DNA of 64,000 nt, taken from the IMG/VR virus record IMGVR_UViG_3300009314_000008, positions 1-64,000 of that record, one strand, 5' to 3'. The stretch is from a virus. Under the pieces are notes generated by a model. The model did no database searches, was not told where the DNA came from, and saw only the letters and a program-made list of their open reading frames with translations. Within the stretch, counting starts at the first letter, position 1. Every line of letters begins with the position of its first letter. This document shows, piece by piece, positions 58,059 to 64,000 of this stretch. A program made the position numbers and the translations under genes.

Positions 58059-58310
58059 TTACGGTTGTTTAATCCATTTCCCCATTCTCTTATAATCTGC
58101 ATAACCGCCAGCTCCTGCACCTAACAAACTTCCTCCCATAAATGCACCTATTGTAGACAAAGGATTGTATTTTTTTTGTTTACCTTTTTTAATCCTTTTA
58201 TTTTGGGATGAGCTATTTAGCATAGATGCTCCTATACCACCACCCAACATACCAATACCCGTCCTTAATCCCGGTACATAGGCTTCCTTAATTATCTCTG
58301 GACATTTCAT
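58059..58310 (-). CDS. leader-bearing glycine-zipper small protein (MKCPEIIKEA)
   Basis: GIGMLGGGIGASML and GAFMGGSLLGAGAGG. Confidence 0.75.
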   Translation of the reverse strand: MKCPEIIKEAYVPGLRTGIGMLGGGIGASMLNSSSQNKRIKKGKQKKYNPLSTIGAFMGGSLLGAGAGGYADYKRMGKWIKQP

Positions 58311-58600
58311 TTCATTCTCCTCTTTATTATAGATATCAAATCGCTTGCATCTCTTTTTAATTTCTTAACCATCTTTATCTGCCTAGCCTTTTCAAATTTC
58401 TTTGCCTGTCTCATGTAGTTAACCTGATAAGGGATTGCCTTGACTTGTAGTTTTATTGATCTGACAGGGTAGTATCTTCTATATTTAGAAAGGTCGTTAA
58501 TAAAATTATGAGAGAATATTGCTTTAGTCATTGCTTTGGTAGACGCTCTCCCTAACAATGTTGAAGTTAAGGCTTCTTTAATTATCCCTGGACATCTCAC
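58307..58600 (-). CDS. leader-bearing basic small protein (MRCPGIIKEA)
   Basis: GTGA overlap with the upstream gene; leader motif. Confidence 0.75.
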   Translation of the reverse strand: MRCPGIIKEALTSTLLGRASTKAMTKAIFSHNFINDLSKYRRYYPVRSIKLQVKAIPYQVNYMRQAKKFEKARQIKMVKKLKRDASDLISIIKRRMK

Positions 58601-60444
58601 AACAAATCCTCCCCATAAATTTTTAACTTTTTATATAGTATTTTCTTTATCTTTGGCATATTTAATGGAATCTTATCTTTCATTTTATTTAATGTCTTCA
58701 ATCCAAAAGCACTTGCTTCCGCTTCTGATAAATACTCGTTCATAGCAGTAGGCTTCTTCCAATATTTCTGGTTATATGTTTGTTTCTTAAGAATATCCAA
58801 TAATCCTTTTTTGCTCTTCACAGCATGCCCCAGTTCGTGAGACAACACTGCTGCCGGCTCATTTTTTCTTGGAAGCATAGAGACGATCTTCCTGACAGCA
58901 ACATTTTTCACTTTAGGAATAGATATAGATAAATCATTTCCTCTACCTTTGAGAAATTGCCCGCCACGCAGCAATCTAATATAATCTCTTACCCCAATAT
59001 CTGAGTTGACTCCCCCATATTCTATATTGAGCATTCTCTTAAGAGTGGGATTGATCTTTTTAAGTGGGATGAAATGCCTCTCTATAGGAATCTTGTGCGC
59101 CTTTATTTCTCGAAGTAAAGGTCTTAATTTAAGTATAGACCTTAGGGAAGACTTTTTTTGTAAAATGCTGGGGCAATTCATTGTTTTTCCCACTTTAAAA
59201 AGTTTTTGTTTATTTAGAGGACTTCCGGTTCTACCCTTCATAGTCCATTCCTTGAATTGCTCTACGGTCATCGCCGTGATCGGTCCACATTTCCATCCCT
59301 TCTCATAATTAGCGAGATATGTTTTTCTAGCCTCATCTTCAGTGAGTGCCCCGAGGATACACTTGTGTTCATCGAATTTACCGTTCTTGTCTACTTGATC
59401 AATTACATACACTATCTGACTTTCTGGATGACTTCCTATGAACACATCAATTTTGTCCCCATCTTTCCCATCCTGTGCATTAGAGATGTATCCATAATCA
59501 TATTTCATCTTTATTGACCACGATTTACCATCTGGGTCAGTTCCGGATCTCGTTGATCCCTTTGGGTTCTCCAATTTAATAGTCAGTCCATTCCACTTGA
59601 ATGACCCTTTTTTGTAGTTCTCGGCTTTTATTTGGGCATCTGATGGGTTAATGTTGGTATCTTTTCGAGCCCTATTTATATCTCCGGTCATTGTTGCTAT
59701 TTTAATATTATTGGGCATTCTGTCATTTAACGCCTCCCTCATTGCTCTGTATGAATCTTTTTTAATGTTACGTTTCATGTCCAAGTTTGTAGGGAATGCC
59801 TTATAGTTAGTAATATCAAAGTCTATTAAAGTGTTTCCTATTGTGTTTTGAGCGGTAGTATCTCTAAGATGAGGAAACCTTTTTTTAATATTCTTATAGT
59901 CCGACTTGTTTATTATATTTGCATTAATTATTTTATGAACTTTTTCTCTTGCCTTGTTTATAGAAATTATTCTTTTTTGCCATCTAATTTTTTCTGCTAC
60001 TGTCCCCTCTCTTGGATACTCATTAGGGACCATATTTTTTTTTATTATTGCCGCTTTATCAGAAATTTTTCTCCCCTTAATGTATTCATAATATCCAATC
60101 CCTTTATTTCTCTTTACCATTTTCGCTACAGGAATACCCTTTTTGTGCATTAACTTCCTCGCTTTATTCCATACCTTATGCTCCATTGCCTGAGCTTTAT
60201 ATATTCCTATAATATCGCTTGCAGATTTTCTGTCTATTAAAGGTATTTTTCTAACAGCTTTTCCAATACCTTCTGTGAATACGAGGTCGGCGATCCTGAA
60301 AGCTCCTCTACCTAATGGCTTTATCGTCCTGTCTTTATACCCAGCTTCCGCCAGTCTTTTAAGCGACTCTCTTCCTAATTTCCCAGACCTCACCATCTTA
60401 ACCCATCTTGGAGAAGCTCTCTTCAGTATTACAGGACAATTCAT
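58597..60444 (-). CDS. polyvalent cargo protein: kinase-like, inorganic pyrophosphatase-like and HExxH metallopeptidase domains
   Basis: LGRGAF..AVRK..RDTTAQN..IDFD; ENPKGSTRSG..DYGYI..DGDKIDVFIG..FDEHK; SHELGH..EAEAS; leaders MNCPVILKRA and internal MNCPSILQKKS. Confidence 0.78.
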   Translation of the reverse strand: MNCPVILKRASPRWVKMVRSGKLGRESLKRLAEAGYKDRTIKPLGRGAFRIADLVFTEGIGKAVRKIPLIDRKSASDIIGIYKAQAMEHKVWNKARKLMHKKGIPVAKMVKRNKGIGYYEYIKGRKISDKAAIIKKNMVPNEYPREGTVAEKIRWQKRIISINKAREKVHKIINANIINKSDYKNIKKRFPHLRDTTAQNTIGNTLIDFDITNYKAFPTNLDMKRNIKKDSYRAMREALNDRMPNNIKIATMTGDINRARKDTNINPSDAQIKAENYKKGSFKWNGLTIKLENPKGSTRSGTDPDGKSWSIKMKYDYGYISNAQDGKDGDKIDVFIGSHPESQIVYVIDQVDKNGKFDEHKCILGALTEDEARKTYLANYEKGWKCGPITAMTVEQFKEWTMKGRTGSPLNKQKLFKVGKTMNCPSILQKKSSLRSILKLRPLLREIKAHKIPIERHFIPLKKINPTLKRMLNIEYGGVNSDIGVRDYIRLLRGGQFLKGRGNDLSISIPKVKNVAVRKIVSMLPRKNEPAAVLSHELGHAVKSKKGLLDILKKQTYNQKYWKKPTAMNEYLSEAEASAFGLKTLNKMKDKIPLNMPKIKKILYKKLKIYGEDLL

Positions 60445-60456
60445 TTAATACCTCTT

Positions 60457-61341
60457 TTAGTGGCGTTTTTTAAAATATTCAGATGCTTCGGGGTTACTTT
60501 TATAGAGTTGGAACCTGTATTTCCTTCTTAGGTATTTCATACGTAACTCATCTAATTTTCTTGGAGACTTAAATACATACTTCCTTGTCTTCGGGCTCCT
60601 CATCATGCGAAATCTTCTCGTGAGCGGACCCCTAATAAGTGCATTAAATGCTTTTCCTGAAACATCCGCCGCATTCGTGACGAGTCGTCCCGACACCGCT
60701 GTTTTCGGTATATAAGGTGCTCTCTCATATGCAAGTTTACTGAACCACCCTGAGTTTTTAATGGATGTCCATGCTCCCACCACTTCTTTCATAATATCCT
60801 CCGAACCACCTTTATCAGGGTGGCTTTTCATTGCTGCTGCTCTAAAAATCTTTTTTACCTGAGCCTTAGTCTTTACTGACGATTTATTAATGTTTAGCGT
60901 TTTAATTGCTTTATCTAAATTTCCGCTCTTTACCGCGAACCCACCTAAGTTTTTAAAGTATTCATAATATTTTTTATTTAAATCTTCCCACATTGCCCGG
61001 TTCATCCTTCCTCTTATGTTTTCTGCTGCTCCATTAAGCCCTCTTCTTATGTTTTCTGCTGCTTCATTAAGCCCTCTCATTCTTCTTTTATGCCGATACA
61101 CCGATGGTCCTATTGCCATCCCCACAAGAGCTCCCCCAATAGCTGTCCCTATTGCGGCATCTTTAAGATCCTTACCGGATTTCGTCTTTATGTATTGCCC
61201 AAAAGATAATCTGTTTTTTCTCCCACCCCGCACATACTTATTGTAGTTTCGGTGTCCTTGCCATAAACTTGCCCCACCGAGCATTCCACCCAATGTGCCG
61301 CAGGTGGCAGTAGTTCCAGCTATTGTCTTAAATGCTCCCAT
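60457..61341 (-). CDS. membrane-associated J-domain protein (paralog of 50418-51299)
   Basis: KKIFRAAAMKSHPDKGGSED..WFSKLA; two Gly-rich hydrophobic segments. Confidence 0.78.
   Translation of the reverse strand: MGAFKTIAGTTATCGTLGGMLGGASLWQGHRNYNKYVRGGRKNRLSFGQYIKTKSGKDLKDAAIGTAIGGALVGMAIGPSVYRHKRRMRGLNEAAENIRRGLNGAAENIRGRMNRAMWEDLNKKYYEYFKNLGGFAVKSGNLDKAIKTLNINKSSVKTKAQVKKIFRAAAMKSHPDKGGSEDIMKEVVGAWTSIKNSGWFSKLAYERAPYIPKTAVSGRLVTNAADVSGKAFNALIRGPLTRRFRMMRSPKTRKYVFKSPRKLDELRMKYLRRKYRFQLYKSNPEASEYFKKRH
61012..61077. repeat. 33-bp tandem duplication (RGLNxAAENIR x2)
   Basis: Two adjacent copies with one mismatch. Confidence 0.9.
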
Positions 61342-61429
61342 TATTTCTCCTTTTTCAATCTCTTTAAATCAACAGGCGGTAGATTGATACCACCGCCCAC
61401 CTACTGAAGGGGAAGGGTTCCTCAGTATT

Positions 61430-61552
61430 CTATTTAACAAACACCCATTCGATTACAACAGTGCCTGAACAGTTTAGATCACCATCTGGATGCCAATGCC
61501 ATAACCCTCTATCTTCAACATCGGCAATTTTCAATATTTTAGGACATTTCAT
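61430..61552 (-). CDS. 40-aa chimeric mini ORF (MKCPKILKIA..GTVVIEWVFVK)
   Basis: Leader fused to a homolog of the C-terminus of the 62915-63550 product. Confidence 0.5.
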   Translation of the reverse strand: MKCPKILKIADVEDRGLWHWHPDGDLNCSGTVVIEWVFVK

Positions 61553-61591
61553 TTGTTCGCCTACTTTAAATAATTTTTGTTCATTAATATG

Positions 61592-62659
61592 TTATCTTAT
61601 CTTCCTGATAATTCCTGAAATAAATTTTCTCGCCTTTATGGGCACTTTTTTATAGTTTTCTGCCTTAATCTGTGCTTCTGACGGATTAGCATTAGTTGCT
61701 TTGCGAGCACTGGCAATATCTGATAACATCCCGGAGAATTTTATCATAGCATTTTTTTTGATTTGATTCACTCCATTTTTATCTTTATTTTTTGCTTCTC
61801 TAATTCCAGCGGCAACCAAAGCCCCTCCTAATATAACGGAGGGTATTATTTTATTTTTGTTTCTGCTGAAATATCCAGGAAACGTTTTCTTATAGTTTTC
61901 AGTCGTACGCATTCCATTAGCAAACGCTTTATAAGTATCACGATAATGCTTGGATGGTCCTCTATCCATTGTATAAGTTTGGGGTCCTAGAATATCAAAG
62001 TCTACTAGCGTTCTATCAACAAGATTTCTATTCGTCATATCATATATTCTCGGATATTTTCTTTTTATTTTTCGCATGGTTTTAGCATCTATAGGTGATT
62101 TATTAAGAATCCTTAACATCCTTAATTTAGCATTCTTTACCCGAATTCTCCTAACTCTATCACCCTGCTTTCCATATTCGTCTAGTTTATTAAATAATTT
62201 TTTTGCTTTATTAGCAACGCTCCTACCTTTAACATGCTCATAATATCCTATTGGGCCATCTTGTTTTATCAATCGAGGAACCTTTATCTTCTTTTTTGAC
62301 AAATATTTTTGCACTTTATTCCATACAAAATGTTCCTTTGCTTGGCTATTATATGGCTCATGAATATAATATTTCGACACCCCCTCTATATTAGGTATTT
62401 TTCTAACAGCTTTACCCACCCTACTAGTAAATACCAAGTCAGAGACTCTTGTTCCTCCCACTCCAAGATGTTTTATTGTCCTATCTTTATATCCAGCATT
62501 TGCAAGAATTTTTAATGCCTTCTCACTTAATTTGCCTGACCTTATCATCTTGATCCATTTGGGAGACGAATACTTCTCTATTGCAGATATCTTAATTATT
62601 GTTGGAAGCATACTTATTCTCCTAATTCCCGATGTTTTTATGATACAAGGGCATTTCAT
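61592..62659 (-). CDS. leader-bearing kinase-like protein with truncated pyrophosphatase-like tail
   Basis: MKCPCIIKTS; LGVGG..AVRK..YDMTNRN..VDFD; ends NPSEAQIKAENYKK. Confidence 0.75.
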   Translation of the reverse strand: MKCPCIIKTSGIRRISMLPTIIKISAIEKYSSPKWIKMIRSGKLSEKALKILANAGYKDRTIKHLGVGGTRVSDLVFTSRVGKAVRKIPNIEGVSKYYIHEPYNSQAKEHFVWNKVQKYLSKKKIKVPRLIKQDGPIGYYEHVKGRSVANKAKKLFNKLDEYGKQGDRVRRIRVKNAKLRMLRILNKSPIDAKTMRKIKRKYPRIYDMTNRNLVDRTLVDFDILGPQTYTMDRGPSKHYRDTYKAFANGMRTTENYKKTFPGYFSRNKNKIIPSVILGGALVAAGIREAKNKDKNGVNQIKKNAMIKFSGMLSDIASARKATNANPSEAQIKAENYKKVPIKARKFISGIIRKIR

Positions 62660-62879
62660 CCTATTGATCCCCCTATTTATTATTCTACTTTTTAGGGACT
62701 TTATTTTTTATAGTCTTAATGAAATCTATACCCTTTGGCATAAACCTATATTTCAAAGTTTTTTTGTCAGATCTCAAAATACTTTCGATTGTTCCCTTTA
62801 ATCCATATGGAAGTTTTACAGGAGAAGATGACAACCTTCTATGTATAGTCCTAAAAACCTTTCCCTTTATTTATTGAAT

Positions 62880-62904
62880 GGAGGGCAACACTATGTCACC
62901 CTCC
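62880..62904 (-). terminator. GC-rich hairpin after the 62915 gene (possible terminator or processing site)
   Basis: GGAGGGTGACA-TAG-TGTTGCCCTCC; no U-tract. Confidence 0.4.
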
Positions 62905-62914
62905 TGTTTCTTTG

Positions 62915-63550
62915 CTATTCTTTAAGTAATACCCATTCTATCACAACTGTTCCAACATATTCCAATGCATCTTCACCACTAGCTGCCCATCCATCAGCGA
63001 CATTCAAGTATACTGTTTTATCACCACCTGTCTCAATCTCCAGGGGGTCTGCTAATGCCAATGTTTTCGTAGTATAAGTGCTATCACAATCTGTAGCGGT
63101 CTGGCCGGTTAAAATATTTTCAAACGCGGCTGTTCCGCCCAACACATTTACAACACCCGATGCTACCGTAGTTCCAATACCTACATCTGGGGTGTCTGCA
63201 GTAATATTCCCATCACTTTCATTCAAAGCAATATTCATATATGCGCCCTTGACAACTATTGCCCCCGTGGGGAAAGTATACAGTAACTGTCCCAAAGCCA
63301 AATCGGCTCCGCCAGGTATATCGGCAAAGTGGGCAGATGATATTGCAATTTCAGTTACATGGAATTTTGCGTCGCCATATTCTACTACGGAGGCTACACT
63401 ATCAGATTTTGTACCCACATTTTTAGTAGTGATCATGGTACTGTCCGTCTGCACCTTCCCGTAGAATCGATTAGTTGCAGACTTAAAGTCCTTCGCAAAT
63501 AGCGATGTCACCAACAACATCGCAAGCAAAATAATTACTAATTTCTTCAT
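62915..63550 (-). CDS. beta-rich protein with a Sec signal peptide
   Basis: MKKLVIILLAMLLVTSLFA-KDF. Confidence 0.7.
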   Translation of the reverse strand: MKKLVIILLAMLLVTSLFAKDFKSATNRFYGKVQTDSTMITTKNVGTKSDSVASVVEYGDAKFHVTEIAISSAHFADIPGGADLALGQLLYTFPTGAIVVKGAYMNIALNESDGNITADTPDVGIGTTVASGVVNVLGGTAAFENILTGQTATDCDSTYTTKTLALADPLEIETGGDKTVYLNVADGWAASGEDALEYVGTVVIEWVLLKE

Positions 63551-63564
63551 GTTCTTTTCTCCTT

Positions 63565-63801
63565 TTATTTGTAGAATATTTTGCCGGTAGTTTCTTCAAC
63601 AAAGGTTACGGTAAAAGCATTGACCGATGTATGCTGAACTTCCCCATCAATGACATAACCGTCTCCGTCAATTAATGTTACGTCTGGATAATATCCCCAA
63701 TTATGAGTGACATCTATACTTGTTTGATCAGTGAAGTCAACCAAGTTACCTACAGCCAATTCATTCCTGTGGACAGTATCTCTAATTCTCGAGTACTGCA
63801 T
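63565..63801 (-). CDS. small beta-sandwich virion accessory protein
   Basis: VTHNWGYYPDVTLID..NAFTVTF module typical of tail-associated proteins. Confidence 0.55.
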   Translation of the reverse strand: MQYSRIRDTVHRNELAVGNLVDFTDQTSIDVTHNWGYYPDVTLIDGDGYVIDGEVQHTSVNAFTVTFVEETTGKIFYK

Positions 63802-63819
63802 GGTCTCTTTCTCCTTTTA

Positions 63820-63999
63820 TTATTTATTTTTGACGGGGCTATCTTGTTCTATATTGCCTGTATCAACCACCTCGTCTTTTAATTGATACAGGGTTTTCCT
63901 CTCTTGAGGCATTATTTTAAGTCTTTCTATCATTCTCCTTATTTCGGCTCTTAAACTTTCTGCGCTATCTCCCTTAGATGCATCTTCTTGCAACTGGCT
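63820..63999 (-). CDS. 3' end of a gene running off the window
   Basis: Open frame SQLQEDASKG..SPVKNK*. Confidence 0.55.
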   Translation of the reverse strand, partial: SQLQEDASKGDSAESLRAEIRRMIERLKIMPQERKTLYQLKDEVVDTGNIEQDSPVKNK

Positions 64000-64000
64000 A

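Noticed and set aside
62824-62838. GAAGATGACAaCCTT resembles the tRNA-like anticodon loop region
   Set aside because: A 14/15 match is too short to separate confidently from chance in 64 kb of AT-rich DNA.
62686-62870. Open minus-strand frame of about 60 codons (..RRLSSSPVKLPYGLKG..KVPKK*)
   Set aside because: No usable start codon or RBS at its 5' end; at best a gene remnant.
1-64000. Genome-wide stop-codon reassignment
   Set aside because: Long genes are intact in code 11, and TAA, TAG and TGA all end genes at sensible boundaries; only one suspicious TGA was seen (50418).

Overview
AT-rich segment of a large tailed phage (myovirus type). The + strand at 797-9162 encodes a phage two-barrel RNA polymerase in three pieces: beta fused to the beta' N-terminus, an unrelated inserted gene, a middle beta' piece ending at the catalytic DFDGD, and the beta' C-terminal piece. 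The last two appear to be joined by an atypically split intein. It has a very short IntN, a 171-aa IntC ending in Phe-Asp, and a free-standing LAGLIDADG endonuclease with its own promoter between the halves. The - strand from about 10 to 64 kb is a virion morphogenesis region: terminase, portal, prohead protease, scaffolds, major capsid, neck, sheath, two tube-like genes, a frameshifting tail chaperone, tape measure, baseplate, an embedded sigma70-family factor, several receptor-binding-like proteins and a tandem-PAS protein. The most striking pattern is a family of about 10 unrelated cargo genes around the head module, plus the gene inserted into beta'. They share an N-terminal leader M-[KRNE]-C-P-x-[IV]-[IVL]-K-x-[AS], whose K-x-A end also recurs through the head proteins. 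This is a candidate capsid-targeting and protease-release system for kinase-like, J-domain, pyrophosphatase-like, peptidase and membrane-peptide effectors. Also seen: a tRNA-like RNA with an 11-nt anticodon loop, a duplicated phage-type promoter motif, and two 26-30 bp exact patches shared by unrelated genes. All functional calls come from motif recognition and synteny; no database search was run.
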